DNA of 64,000 nt from Myxococcota bacterium (GCA_036229005.1 JAZAMN010000024.1:96001-160000); one strand, 5' to 3'. Shown: positions 45,724 to 55,835, counted from the stretch's first letter. Made by a program: numbers and translations. The notes: generated by a model not told the origin, from the letters alone.

Positions 45724-46905
45724 ATGCGCCTTTCGCTGCTGCTTGCCTGCCTCAGCCTCCCCCTCATCTCTTCCACCGCCTTCGCCCAGGACGAGGACGA
45801 GGACGGCTTCGACCTCGACGACTTCGACGAGGAAGAGGAGGACGAGGAGGAGGTCGAGCGCCTCGACGCCCCCGCTGAGGGCGACGAGGACTCCCTGGAC
45901 ATGCCCGACGAGGACGAGTTCGATGACCTCGACTTTGGCGGCGATCCCGAGGATGAGGAGCTGGACTTCGACTCGGAGCTCGACGAGCTGGGCGAGGACG
46001 AGATCGGCGGTGAGGGCGAGGACAACGTCGGCATCTACCGCGACTTCGTCGACAACATGGACGATCTGGGCCCCGAAGAGGAGCTGATCGCCTGGGAGCG
46101 CTACCTCGAGGAGTACCCGAACACCCTGTTCCGGGATCGCATCGAGCGCCGCATGGATGAGATCACCGAGGGTCTCTACGGCCAGCGCATCCGCGATCCC
46201 AACGCCGGCTACAAGGACGCCAAGGATCAGGAGATCGAGCTCGCGCGCCCCCTGGTGCTGGAGAACATCGATCCCCGCACCCACGGGCACATCTCCGTGG
46301 AGCTGGGCATCCCGGCCTACCTGAGCGGCAACGCCGAGGTCGAGTACGCCCTGGCCCGCCAGATGAGCGTGCGCGCCGCCTACCGCAACCGCTACACCGG
46401 CGGGAACCTCGAGGTCGGCGCCAAGTACGCGTTCATCAAGTCCAAGCGCCTGAACCTGATCGCGACGGGCATCGCGGACTTCCGCTACAACACCGACCCC
46501 GGCTACCCCGCCTTCCGGCCCCAGGTCGCGGTCGGCAAGGTGTTCGACATCGGCGGCGGGCTGCACGTCCAGGCCCAGGGCGGTGTGGATCTGGAGCTGG
46601 GGCGCGATCCCTTCTCGATGCGCTACGTGGGCGGCGCGAACATCACCTACATCGCCAGCGAGACGGTGCAGGTCTTCGCGGAGGGGAGCCTCAACTACAA
46701 GGACTCCCAGCTCCCCGGGGACTACCCGAACTTCCAGTTCCACGTCCTGACCTTCGGCATCAAGTTCGTGCCGGGCGGCCAGCCCATGACCGCGGGCCTC
46801 GCTGCCAACGTGCCGGTGGCCTACCAGTACTGGGGCTACCACTTTGGCGCGGTGCAGGCTGATCTCAACTACTACGCAGACGACCTCCTCCCCAAGGTCT
46901 TCTGA
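45724..46905 (+). CDS. exported protein with acidic N-terminus and probable outer-membrane beta-barrel
   Basis: signal peptide ending AFA; ~80-aa D/E-rich tract; alternating beta-strand pattern with aromatics in the C-terminal part. Confidence 0.7.
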   Translation: MRLSLLLACLSLPLISSTAFAQDEDEDGFDLDDFDEEEEDEEEVERLDAPAEGDEDSLDMPDEDEFDDLDFGGDPEDEELDFDSELDELGEDEIGGEGEDNVGIYRDFVDNMDDLGPEEELIAWERYLEEYPNTLFRDRIERRMDEITEGLYGQRIRDPNAGYKDAKDQEIELARPLVLENIDPRTHGHISVELGIPAYLSGNAEVEYALARQMSVRAAYRNRYTGGNLEVGAKYAFIKSKRLNLIATGIADFRYNTDPGYPAFRPQVAVGKVFDIGGGLHVQAQGGVDLELGRDPFSMRYVGGANITYIASETVQVFAEGSLNYKDSQLPGDYPNFQFHVLTFGIKFVPGGQPMTAGLAANVPVAYQYWGYHFGAVQADLNYYADDLLPKVF

Positions 46906-46958
46906 GCGCGCCCGAGACGCTGCCCCGGACCCGGGGCGGCGTGGGCTAGGGTCTCGCC

Positions 46959-48854
46959 ATGTGGCTGCTGCTTTCGACCCTGGTCCGCGCGCAGAGCGTT
47001 CAGCTCATCGAGGACAGCTTCACCGTCCACACCAAGGTCTCCCTCCAGGTCCGGGTGACCGCGGGCGCGGACGGCTTCCAGGCCGGCGACGTGCTGGTGA
47101 TCGACGACCCTGTCCTCCACGGCGCCCGCTGGGTCAAGTGGGGCTGGCTCAGCCACCGCGGCGTGGGCGTTTGCAGCCCCATCAAGGAGGACTGGGACGG
47201 CTCCTCCGCTGGCCGCATCGCCGCATTCGGGCCCCAGGGCGAGTCCCTGGAGGTCCTGCACACCCTGGACGACGCCGAGATCCACGAGGCCGGGCAGGTG
47301 CTCGTCACCCTGGACGCCGACATCGCCCCCGGGGAGAGCGTGCGCATCGCTCTGGGGACCGAGGAGGAGGGGGGGGACTGTGGCTGGCAGACCCCGGTAC
47401 GTGCCTTCGACAACATCCCCCTCCCCATCTCGTATTGGCCTCTGGGTGCAGACGAGGACACGCTGATCGACGCCCCCCTGGTGCACATCCTGGCCGAAGA
47501 GGAGGTCGACCAGTGGGTGGTCTCGGTGACCTCGCAGGCGGCCGTGGGTGAAGAGGTTGTGGTGCGGGCCGCGCCGCTGGATCGGTGGGGAAACCTGGCG
47601 CGAGGGCAGGAGATCCTCCTCTCCTCCCACCGCTTCGAGGCCGAGGGCGTGCAGCGCATCCCGGTGGAGGTCGACGGGGAGACCCTCTGGTCGAACCCCG
47701 TGCGCGTGACCCAGGAGCCCCTGGACTGGGGCGTGTTCTGGGGGGACCTGCACACCCACCACGGGCACAGCTACGAGACCGAGGCCGGGGACTGGGTGGA
47801 CCAGAACCACGACTATGCCCGGGACGTCGTGGGCCTGGACTTTGGCTGCGAGTCAGTGAAGCTGGCGCCCACCGAGATCGACGGCGAGGCCCTCTGGGAG
47901 CGGGTCCAGCGGAGCTGCGAGGCCTACAGCGTGGACGGCGACTACCTGGCGCTGCTGGGCTTTGAGTGGATGGGCGCGGGCTCGGGGGCCGGGCACCACA
48001 ACGTCTACTACGAGAGCTGCGAGGGCCCCTACCTGGAGCAGGAGGCGCTGGTCGACCTGGAGGACGGGCTGTGGCCCTTCATGGAGCAGACCATGGCCGA
48101 GACCGGCCAGCTCATGGTCTCCGTCCCGCACGCGCCCTCCTTCACGGGCTTTGACTGGGAGGTCCAGGACGACACCCTGCGCCCGGTGGCCGAGGTCTTC
48201 TCGGAGTGGGGCAGCTCCATGGACCCCCAGCGCGCCGGCAGCGTCCCCGAGGGCCTGAGCGGCGGGCAGCGCCTGGGCTTCATCGCCAGCTCCGACAACC
48301 ACGACGGCTGGCTGGGCAACAGCGCCGCCCGAAAGAACACCCAGGGTGGCCTGGCCGCGATCCTGGCCCCCGAGCTCTCCCCTGGCGCCCTGCTCAGCAG
48401 CCTGCAGAACCGCGCCACCTACGCCACCACCGGTGCCCGCATCCTGCTGGAGCTGGTCGCGTGGGAGCAGGACAGCCCGCACCCCATGGGCAGCAGCTTC
48501 GTCAGCCGGGACGCGCGCTTTGACTGGAAGGTGCACGGGACGGACACCATCGAGCGCGTGCGCCTGGTCTATGCCCCCGTCGGCGCCCAGGAGAGCGGGG
48601 TGGAGTGGGCCCGGTGGAGCCCCAGCGCCCTGGACGCCGAGGGCAGCGCGCAGGTCCCCTACAGCCCCCGGGAGCTGGCCGTCTGGCTGGAGGTCACCCA
48701 GGTCGACCAGGAGATGGCCTGGAGCTCGCCGATCTGGCTGGAGCGAGAGGCCGCGGTCACTGGCTGCGCGGGCTCTCCGGTGGGGGCGTTGGCGCTGCTG
48801 GGCGGCCTGGGCCTGGGCCTCGGGATCTCTCGGCGGCGGCGGCCAGCGGGTTAG
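46959..48854 (+). CDS. DUF3604/PHP-like metallohydrolase with C-terminal sorting signal
   Basis: FWGDLHTH, LGFEW, GHHNVY, PH, GFIASSDNH, GGLAA, YATTGARI, AWSSPIW; C-terminal GC..hydrophobic..RRRR. Confidence 0.8.
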   Translation: MWLLLSTLVRAQSVQLIEDSFTVHTKVSLQVRVTAGADGFQAGDVLVIDDPVLHGARWVKWGWLSHRGVGVCSPIKEDWDGSSAGRIAAFGPQGESLEVLHTLDDAEIHEAGQVLVTLDADIAPGESVRIALGTEEEGGDCGWQTPVRAFDNIPLPISYWPLGADEDTLIDAPLVHILAEEEVDQWVVSVTSQAAVGEEVVVRAAPLDRWGNLARGQEILLSSHRFEAEGVQRIPVEVDGETLWSNPVRVTQEPLDWGVFWGDLHTHHGHSYETEAGDWVDQNHDYARDVVGLDFGCESVKLAPTEIDGEALWERVQRSCEAYSVDGDYLALLGFEWMGAGSGAGHHNVYYESCEGPYLEQEALVDLEDGLWPFMEQTMAETGQLMVSVPHAPSFTGFDWEVQDDTLRPVAEVFSEWGSSMDPQRAGSVPEGLSGGQRLGFIASSDNHDGWLGNSAARKNTQGGLAAILAPELSPGALLSSLQNRATYATTGARILLELVAWEQDSPHPMGSSFVSRDARFDWKVHGTDTIERVRLVYAPVGAQESGVEWARWSPSALDAEGSAQVPYSPRELAVWLEVTQVDQEMAWSSPIWLEREAAVTGCAGSPVGALALLGGLGLGLGISRRRRPAG

Positions 48855-48879
48855 GCCAGCCCCCCAATCAGGAGCTCCC

Positions 48880-49734
48880 GTGTCCTTCTCCACCGTCACC
48901 GTCATCGGCGCAGGCACCATGGGCCATGGCATCGCCCACGTCGCCGCCCTCGCCGGCGCCCAGGTCCGCCTCTACGACCTGCAGCAGCCCGCCCTGGACA
49001 AGGGCCTGTCCGCCATCCAGGCCAACATGGACAAGGGCGTGGCCCGGGGCAAGCTCGCCGCCGAAGACGCCCAGGCTGGCCTCGCGCGCATCCAGGGCTT
49101 CACCGATTTGGCGGGGGCCTGCGAGGGGACCGAGCTCGTGGTCGAGGCGGTGCCCGAGAAGCTGGAGCTCAAGCAGAGCCTCTTCTCCCAGGTCCAGGGC
49201 CTGGTCAGCGCCGACTGCGTGCTGGGGACCAACACCAGCTCCCTGTCCATCGCCAAGATCGCCCAGGCCGTCGAGCAGGGGGACCGGGTCATCGGGCTGC
49301 ACTTCTTCAACCCCGTCCACATCATGAAGCTCCTGGAGATCGTGGTGCACCCCGGCACCAGCGAGGACACCCTGGCCCGCTGCCGCGCCTGGGGCGCCCA
49401 GATCGGCAAGGAGTGCATCACCGTCCAGGACTTCCCGGGCTTCGCCACCTCCCGCCTGGGCGTCTGCCTGGGCATGGAGGCCATCCGCATGGTCGAGCAG
49501 GGCGTCGCCAGCCCCCAGGACATCGACACCGCCATGGTGCTCGGCTACCGCCACCCCATCGGCCCCCTCAAGCTCACCGACCTGGTGGGCCTGGACGTGC
49601 GCATGCACATCGGCGAGTACCTGGCTGAGAAGCTGGACAACCCCGCGTTCAAGCCCCCCCAGCTCATGAAGGACATGGTCGCCCAGGGCAAGCTCGGCAA
49701 GAAGGCCGGCCAGGGCTTCTACGACTGGGAGTGA
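48880..49734 (+). CDS. 3-hydroxyacyl(butyryl)-CoA dehydrogenase
   Basis: VIGAGTMGHGIA, VEAVPE, TNTSSL, GLHFFNPV, PGFATSRL, HPIGPL.L.D.VGLD, LGKKAG.GFY. Confidence 0.92.
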   Translation: MSFSTVTVIGAGTMGHGIAHVAALAGAQVRLYDLQQPALDKGLSAIQANMDKGVARGKLAAEDAQAGLARIQGFTDLAGACEGTELVVEAVPEKLELKQSLFSQVQGLVSADCVLGTNTSSLSIAKIAQAVEQGDRVIGLHFFNPVHIMKLLEIVVHPGTSEDTLARCRAWGAQIGKECITVQDFPGFATSRLGVCLGMEAIRMVEQGVASPQDIDTAMVLGYRHPIGPLKLTDLVGLDVRMHIGEYLAEKLDNPAFKPPQLMKDMVAQGKLGKKAGQGFYDWE

Positions 49735-49797
49735 CGCGGCGCGTCGTGGGGGGACGCGGGCAGCCACCGGGCTCCCCCCCAGGGCGGGGTTCTGCGT

Positions 49798-49813
49798 TGG
49801 CACGGCCGTTGCT
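49798..49813 (+). promoter_or_regulatory. sigma54 (-24/-12) promoter
   Basis: TGGCAC-GGCCG-TTGCT, exact consensus spacing, intergenic, ~80 nt upstream of ATG 49891. Confidence 0.75.
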
Positions 49814-49890
49814 GAGCCGGGGTGCGGGCCTCTCCGGATTGGATGGGAGGGTCCGCTCCCTTCTACTGCGCCAAATCTGGAGCTGTCCCA

Positions 49891-50634
49891 ATGAAGTTCG
49901 CTGTTCGCCTGCTCGCGCTCTGCCTGCTGCTGCTCACCACCCTGACCTTGGGCAGCTCCCAGGCCCACGCCTCCGAGGCCCCCCCTGCCGTCGCCGAGAG
50001 CGCCGAGACCCCGCCCACCGAGGCCCCGTCCAGCGAGACCGCCACCGAGCGCTACCTCTACAAGCCCGTCATCGACGGCAGCAAGCTGCGCCCGGGCGTG
50101 TACCGATTCCTGACCCAGGATCGGCCCTACAACCTGGGCCTGATGGTCGTCGCCGGCCTGGGCTTCGGCGTGGTGGGCACCGCCGGCGGGCTTGTCCTGG
50201 CGGCCCCGTTCCTCTTCATGACCTTCGACGTCATCGCCGGGGTGCTGATCACGGGGGGGCTCACCCTGGGCACCGGCTACGGGATCTGGAAGCACAGCGG
50301 GAACGCACCCTTCTACGCCATCGCCGCGGGGATCGCGGCCCTCGGGAACCTGGTCGCGGTGCCCCTGTCGGTGGTGATCCTGTTCGCGGGGGTCGTCGCC
50401 TTCCTCGGCGGGACCCTGACCCCTCTGCTGGTCTCGATGGGGATCTTCGTCGCGACGGTCGCCATCGCTGGCCTGGTCGGCGGCATCGCCATCGCCGCCC
50501 TCAACAAGCGCTTCCCTCAGCAGCGCGTCAAGGTCACCCCGCCCCAAGACGAAGCCCGCATCTGGCAGCTCCGCCGGCTCCGCCCCTCCGCACTTCGAAG
50601 CGCCGCTGCAGGGCTGGCTCTGAGCCCCGTCTGA
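49891..50634 (+). CDS. exported/membrane protein with Gly-rich hydrophobic helices (paralog of 51379..52044)
   Basis: GGAG RBS; signal peptide; several hydrophobic segments. Confidence 0.75.
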   Translation: MKFAVRLLALCLLLLTTLTLGSSQAHASEAPPAVAESAETPPTEAPSSETATERYLYKPVIDGSKLRPGVYRFLTQDRPYNLGLMVVAGLGFGVVGTAGGLVLAAPFLFMTFDVIAGVLITGGLTLGTGYGIWKHSGNAPFYAIAAGIAALGNLVAVPLSVVILFAGVVAFLGGTLTPLLVSMGIFVATVAIAGLVGGIAIAALNKRFPQQRVKVTPPQDEARIWQLRRLRPSALRSAAAGLALSPV

Positions 50635-50702
50635 GCGTGGGACCGGGCTAGGGACCGTGGCCTTCGCGCCGGCGATAGAGTGCCGGAAACACCGGAGTCC
50701 CT

Positions 50703-51269
50703 GTGCGCCGTTCCCCCCTCGCCCTCGCCGTGATCCCCATGACCCTGCTCGCGCTGGCCTGCGGGGGAGGGGAGGAGGAGCTGACCGTGGAGCTCGACCC
50801 CGTCGCCTCCACCACCGAGCAACCGGCCACCCGCGGCATCAACGAGGATCCTCCCGCCGGCGAGGAGATCAGCAGGCAGGCCGGCACCCACTGCGGGGAG
50901 TTCGTCTACTTCAACTGCCCCGTGGCTGGCGGCAAGGTGCTCTCCGTCTGCGGCGAAGAGGGCGGCGTCATCTACCGCTTCGGCAAGATCGGCGAGCTGG
51001 AGAAGGAGTACCCCCCCGGCATGGAGCCCGGCGAATACCGCATCGAAGACGCCGGCACCATCCAGTCCCAGGGCACCGCCCTGGCCTTCGACGGCGACAC
51101 CCACAGCTTCAAGGTGGTCGAGCGCGTCGGCGCCGGTGGCCCCAACGGCGAGTTCAACAACTTCGCCGGGGTCGAGGTCTACAAGGCCGACGAGCTCATC
51201 AGCAGCATCCCCTGCACCGAGCCCCCCCACACCGAGTGGGAGCGCCTGCGGCAGGTCATCCCGGAGTAG
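50703..51269 (+). CDS. lipoprotein of unknown function
   Basis: lipobox LALAC; 'F.C....GK.LSVC......YRFG' pattern. Confidence 0.75.
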   Translation: MRRSPLALAVIPMTLLALACGGGEEELTVELDPVASTTEQPATRGINEDPPAGEEISRQAGTHCGEFVYFNCPVAGGKVLSVCGEEGGVIYRFGKIGELEKEYPPGMEPGEYRIEDAGTIQSQGTALAFDGDTHSFKVVERVGAGGPNGEFNNFAGVEVYKADELISSIPCTEPPHTEWERLRQVIPE

Positions 51270-51378
51270 GCCCAAGGGGAGGGGGGGATCCGGGCCCAGT
51301 CGCACCTCGCCTGCACCCCGGGTTCTCCCTGGCCCTTGGCCACCCTCAACGGGATATGGTGCAGTCGAGGACTGGCTG

Positions 51379-52044
51379 ATGCCCTGGATCCGCACAGCGC
51401 TGATGCTCGTGGCTCTGGCCTTCGGTCTGGGCTTCTCTCCGCAGGCTCTGGCCAGCGAAGCGCCCCCCATGCGCACCGTCGAGACGGTGGAGAGCGCGCC
51501 GCCCATCTACCTGTCCGGGCGGCACCTGAACCCGGACCTCCAGCTCCGCCTGACCCGCGAGCGCCCCTACCGCCCGGTCGCTGGAATGGCGCTTGGCCTG
51601 GGCCTGGGCCTCGCTGGCGGCGTCATCGGGGTCGGCATCGCGGCGCCCCTGCTGATCGTCGGCCTGCCGCTGGCCCTGGTCACTGGCACCGTCGGAGTCG
51701 CCAGCGGAGCGGCGCTGGGCGCCTGGCGCTTTGGCGGGGACGCCCCCTTCTGGTGGACCGCCGTGGGCGCGGGGCTGGGCATGGGGGTCGCCGCCTCGAT
51801 CCAGGTCGGCCTCATCCTGGCCGGGGTCGCCGCCGCGGTCACCGTGGTGGGCCTGCCCGTCGCGATCCTCTTGGCCGGTGGCGCCGTCGCCGTGGGCCTG
51901 ATCGCCATGCCGCTGGGGGCCAACATCGCGGCCCGCATCCACCAGAAGCGCCCCGTTCCCCGGGTGCTCTTCCGCGAGCCCACGCTGCTCTACGGCGACG
52001 CCCAGGCCGATGCCTTGACCTCTGCTGGATCCGAGGCTGGTTAG
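51379..52044 (+). CDS. exported/membrane protein (paralog of 49891..50634)
   Basis: GAGGA RBS; shared ASEAPP, LT..RPY and W...G.APF motifs. Confidence 0.75.
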   Translation: MPWIRTALMLVALAFGLGFSPQALASEAPPMRTVETVESAPPIYLSGRHLNPDLQLRLTRERPYRPVAGMALGLGLGLAGGVIGVGIAAPLLIVGLPLALVTGTVGVASGAALGAWRFGGDAPFWWTAVGAGLGMGVAASIQVGLILAGVAAAVTVVGLPVAILLAGGAVAVGLIAMPLGANIAARIHQKRPVPRVLFREPTLLYGDAQADALTSAGSEAG

Positions 52045-52063
52045 GGCCCCCCGCGGAGGCCCC

Positions 52064-53407
52064 ATGGACGACACCCGGTCCCTCATCGACGCCGACAAGC
52101 GCACGCTCTGGCACCCCTTCACCCAGCACAGCGCCTGGGAGCAGCACCAGCCCCTGGTCATCGCCGCGGCCGAGGGCGCTGAACTCATCGACAGCGACGG
52201 CGAGCGCTACCTGGACGGCGTCGCCTCCCTGTGGGTGGGCGTCCACGGACACCGGCACCCCAAGGTCGACCAGGCCGTGCGGGAGCAGCTCGATCGCGTG
52301 GCCCACACCACCCTGCTGGGCCTGGCCAACGTGCCCTCGGTGCGCCTGGCCGAAGCGCTGATCGCCAAGGCGCCGGGGCAGCTCTCGCGGGTGTTCTACA
52401 GCGACGCCGGCTCCACCGCGGTGGAGATCGCCCTCAAGATGGCCTTCCAGTGGCAGCAGCAGGCCGGGAACACCCAGCGCACGCGCTTCGCCCGCTTCGA
52501 CCACGCCTACCACGGGGACACCCTGGGGGCGGTGAGTGTGGGGGGGATCGACCTCTTCCACCAGGTCTATGGCCCACTGCTCTTCGACACGGTGGCCCTC
52601 CCCACGCCGCTGCACCCGGACCCCGCAGTCGAGGACACCCTGCTGCAGCAGGCGCTCGCCACTCTGGACGCCCACGGGGACACCCTGGCGGCCATCATCG
52701 TGGAGCCCCTGGTGCAGGGGGCCGCTGGCATGCGTATGCACTCGCCGGCCTACCTGGACGCCATCCTGCAGCGCGCCAAGGAGCTGGGCGCCCTGGTCAT
52801 CCTCGACGAGGTCGCCACGGGCTTCGGCCGCACCGGCACCCTCTTCGCCGCCGAGCAGCTCAGCGTGGCCCCCGACTTCCTGTGCCTGGGGAAGGGCCTG
52901 TCCAACGGCTACCTGCCCCTGGCCGCCACCCTGGCCACGGAGCGCGTGTTCCAGGGCTTCGTGGGGGAGCACCGGCACACCTTCTTCCACGGCCACACCT
53001 TCACCGGGAACCCCCTGGCCTGCGCCGCCGGGGTGGCCAGCCTGGCGCTCTTCGAGCAGGAGCGCACCCTGGAGCGCGTGCAGGCCCGGGCCGCCCAGCT
53101 CGCCCAGGGACTCCAGGCTCTGAGCGCCCGCCCGGAGGTCGCCCAGGTGCGGCAGCGCGGGCTGATGGTGGGGGTGGATCTGGTGTCGGCCTCCGGGGCG
53201 CCCTTCGACCCCGGACTCCGCATGGGGGCGCGGGTCTGCCAGGCCATGCGCAGCCAGGGCGTGATCCTGCGGCCGCTGGGGGACACCCTGGTGCTGATGC
53301 CGCCGCTGTGCATCTCGGCCGCCCAGATCGAGCAGCTCCTGGCCGCCGTGGAGTGGGGGCTCAACCAGCTCTCCGCCCTGTCCGATGGGGCAGGCGTCAG
53401 AGGATAG
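52064..53407 (+). CDS. bioA: adenosylmethionine-8-amino-7-oxononanoate aminotransferase
   Basis: LWHPFTQ, YLDG.ASLW..VHGH, GSTAVEIALKMA, YHGDT.GA.SVG, EPLVQGA.GM, DEVATGFGRTG, GKGL..GYLP, HGHTFTGNP. Confidence 0.95.
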   Translation: MDDTRSLIDADKRTLWHPFTQHSAWEQHQPLVIAAAEGAELIDSDGERYLDGVASLWVGVHGHRHPKVDQAVREQLDRVAHTTLLGLANVPSVRLAEALIAKAPGQLSRVFYSDAGSTAVEIALKMAFQWQQQAGNTQRTRFARFDHAYHGDTLGAVSVGGIDLFHQVYGPLLFDTVALPTPLHPDPAVEDTLLQQALATLDAHGDTLAAIIVEPLVQGAAGMRMHSPAYLDAILQRAKELGALVILDEVATGFGRTGTLFAAEQLSVAPDFLCLGKGLSNGYLPLAATLATERVFQGFVGEHRHTFFHGHTFTGNPLACAAGVASLALFEQERTLERVQARAAQLAQGLQALSARPEVAQVRQRGLMVGVDLVSASGAPFDPGLRMGARVCQAMRSQGVILRPLGDTLVLMPPLCISAAQIEQLLAAVEWGLNQLSALSDGAGVRG

Positions 53408-53479
53408 ACAGCTTCCCTGTCTTGCCTTGATCCTTGCCTACGGGCTAGGGTCAGCCACCTGTTTCGGAGAGGAGGAGCG

Positions 53480-55162
53480 ATGCCTGTCGCGCTGCTGAGC
53501 ATTCTGGCCCTGGGTGGTGAAGCCCACGCCCAAGACGCGGACACCTTTGAGTTCGCCGGGAGCAACTTCGACCGCCGCGGTTCGCTGCAGCTCGCCCACC
53601 CCGTGCTGGGGGCCCCGGGCTCCTACTACGCCGGGCTCGGGCTGGTCTACGCCGACGACCCCCTGGTCATCCGCTACGACGACGGGACCGAGGAGTCGGT
53701 GGTCAGCCGCCAGTTCTCCACCCGCCTGGCCGGCGGCTACACCATCGGCGACTACGCCCGCGTGGACGTCAGCGTGCCCCTCTACCCCTCCGTCGTGGTC
53801 AACGACGAGGGCGGGTTCGCCTTCGGTGACATCAGCGTCGCCGCGCTGATCCCCGTCTGGTCCCAGGGCGACTCCGCCACCGGCTACAGCTTCGGCGTCA
53901 AGCCCAAGCTGCAGCTCCCCACCGGCAGCGCCGAGAAGTTCACCGGTCAGGGTGGCATCGGCGGCGGCCTCGTGCTGGCCTTCGGCGGCTACGCCAACCA
54001 GCTCAACTACCGCGTCAACGCCGGCATCGACCTCTCCAAGAAGGTCGAGCTGGACGACCTGGGCCTGGGCTCCAACATCGCCCTCGGCGCCGGCCTGGAC
54101 TACCGCCTCACCGAAGAGTGGCTGGTGGGCGCCGAGCTGACCTCGCTGGTGGACATCGCCGGCGGCACCGGCTGGAACGAGAACCCCGTCGAAGGCCACG
54201 TCTACGGCGGCTACTGGCACGACTCCGGCCTGACCACCCACCTGGGCCTGGGCACCGGCATCGTGGCCGGCGTTGGCGCGCCCGACTACCGCGTGGTCTG
54301 GGGCATCGGCTACCGCCTCCCCGACGTCTTCGACACCGACGGCGACGGCATCGTCGATGAGTCCGACCGCTGCGTCACCGAGCCCGAGGACCTGGACGGC
54401 TTCCAGGACACCGACGGCTGCCCCGACACCGACAACGACGGTGACGGCATCCTGGACGCCTCCGACGAGTGCCCCAACGACGCCGAGGACAAGGACGGCT
54501 TCGAGGACGAGAACGGCTGCCCCGATCCCGACAACGACGGCGACGGCATCCTGGACGGCAAGGACCAGTGCCCCAACGAGCCTGGCCCCGCCGCCACCGG
54601 TGGCTGCCCCGACACCGACGGTGACGGCCTGGCCGACGCCGAGGACGAGTGCCCCACCGAGCCCGGCCCCGCCGAGACCAAGGGCTGCCCCGACCGCGAC
54701 GGCGACCGCGTCCCCGACAAGCGCGATGAGTGCCCCGACGAGCCCATCCCGCCCCAGGCCGATCCCGCCCGCTCCAACGGCTGCCCCAGCCGCGTCATCG
54801 TGACGGCCGAGAAGATCGAGATCCTGGAGAAGGTGTACTTCAACACCAACAAGGCCACGATCAAGCCCGTGTCCTACTCCCTGCTGGACGACGTCGCCGC
54901 CGTGCTGATCGCCAACCCCGACCTCACCCTCATCGAGGTCGCCGGCCACACCGACAGCCAGGGCAAGGACTCCTACAACAAGGACCTCTCCCAGCGCCGC
55001 GCCGAGTCCGTGGTGGCCTACCTGGCCTCCAAGGGCGTGGACGAGAACCGCCTCAAGCCGGTCGGCTACGGCGAGGAGAAGCCCCAGGACACCAACGACA
55101 CCGCCGAGGGCCGGGCCAACAACCGCCGCGTCGAGTTCACCATCCTCGAGCGCGACGAGTAG
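53480..55162 (+). CDS. OmpA family protein with beta-barrel and TSP3 repeats
   Basis: signal peptide; DxDGDG/DGCP repeats; KIEILEKVYF, IEVAGHTD, LSQRRA, GYGE, NRRVEF. Confidence 0.9.
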   Translation: MPVALLSILALGGEAHAQDADTFEFAGSNFDRRGSLQLAHPVLGAPGSYYAGLGLVYADDPLVIRYDDGTEESVVSRQFSTRLAGGYTIGDYARVDVSVPLYPSVVVNDEGGFAFGDISVAALIPVWSQGDSATGYSFGVKPKLQLPTGSAEKFTGQGGIGGGLVLAFGGYANQLNYRVNAGIDLSKKVELDDLGLGSNIALGAGLDYRLTEEWLVGAELTSLVDIAGGTGWNENPVEGHVYGGYWHDSGLTTHLGLGTGIVAGVGAPDYRVVWGIGYRLPDVFDTDGDGIVDESDRCVTEPEDLDGFQDTDGCPDTDNDGDGILDASDECPNDAEDKDGFEDENGCPDPDNDGDGILDGKDQCPNEPGPAATGGCPDTDGDGLADAEDECPTEPGPAETKGCPDRDGDRVPDKRDECPDEPIPPQADPARSNGCPSRVIVTAEKIEILEKVYFNTNKATIKPVSYSLLDDVAAVLIANPDLTLIEVAGHTDSQGKDSYNKDLSQRRAESVVAYLASKGVDENRLKPVGYGEEKPQDTNDTAEGRANNRRVEFTILERDE

Positions 55163-55165
55163 CCC

Positions 55166-55801
55166 TTGGCGAGCTGGGTCACCTGGCTTGCCCCCCATCA
55201 ACCGGCCGTCGACCTGCGGGAGTCTCTCCCCAAGGTCGGCGGCCGTTTGGCGTTGCCGTGGGCGGATCTGCGGGTCTTGCGCGGCGGCCCCCTCTCCCCC
55301 GACGAGCTGGTCGAGGGCGCCCCCCACCGCCCCCTGCTGGACCTCTGGGTCCTGGAGCCCTGGGACCGCCGCGGCCGCTGGCTCAACCCCCAGGCCCACC
55401 AGCAGCTCATCGACGCCCCCATGGGCCCCGTCGCCCGCGGCGGCCACCCCTGGGACACCGAGATCCTGGCCCCCTCCGCCTCCCGACTCCTGGGCGCGGT
55501 GCTCGTGCTGGGCTTCTCGGATCACCCCGCGCTGGGCTACGCCGCCCTCTACCGCCAGGGTGGCCTCGACTGGTCCCTGGCTGTTCGCCGGGAGCACGAA
55601 CACACCTGGGTGTTCCGCAGTGATGGACGGGGCGTGCGAAAGCAACGACTCGCCGCTCCTCCCCCTGAAGGCGAGCCCCATGAGGTCCTGCAGAGGGGGC
55701 TGGAGAAGCTCCTGCGGATGCCCCTCTACCTGGCAGACCACCAGCAGTTCGTCCTGCCCGAGCTCCTGCAGGAGTGCATCGCCCAGGCGAGGACAGACTG
55801 A
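55166..55801 (+). CDS. hypothetical protein
   Basis: GC3-rich ORF filling the gap between the OmpA gene and bioB. Confidence 0.55.
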   Translation: MASWVTWLAPHQPAVDLRESLPKVGGRLALPWADLRVLRGGPLSPDELVEGAPHRPLLDLWVLEPWDRRGRWLNPQAHQQLIDAPMGPVARGGHPWDTEILAPSASRLLGAVLVLGFSDHPALGYAALYRQGGLDWSLAVRREHEHTWVFRSDGRGVRKQRLAAPPPEGEPHEVLQRGLEKLLRMPLYLADHQQFVLPELLQECIAQARTD

Positions 55802-55805
55802 GCCC

Positions 55806-55835
55806 TGTCAACCTTGTCGCGCGATCCGGTTGACG
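55806..55835. promoter_or_regulatory. BirA-type biotin operator
   Basis: TGTCAACC-N14-GGTTGACG palindrome immediately upstream of bioB, matching the TGTMAACC...GGTTKACA BirA box. Confidence 0.75.
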
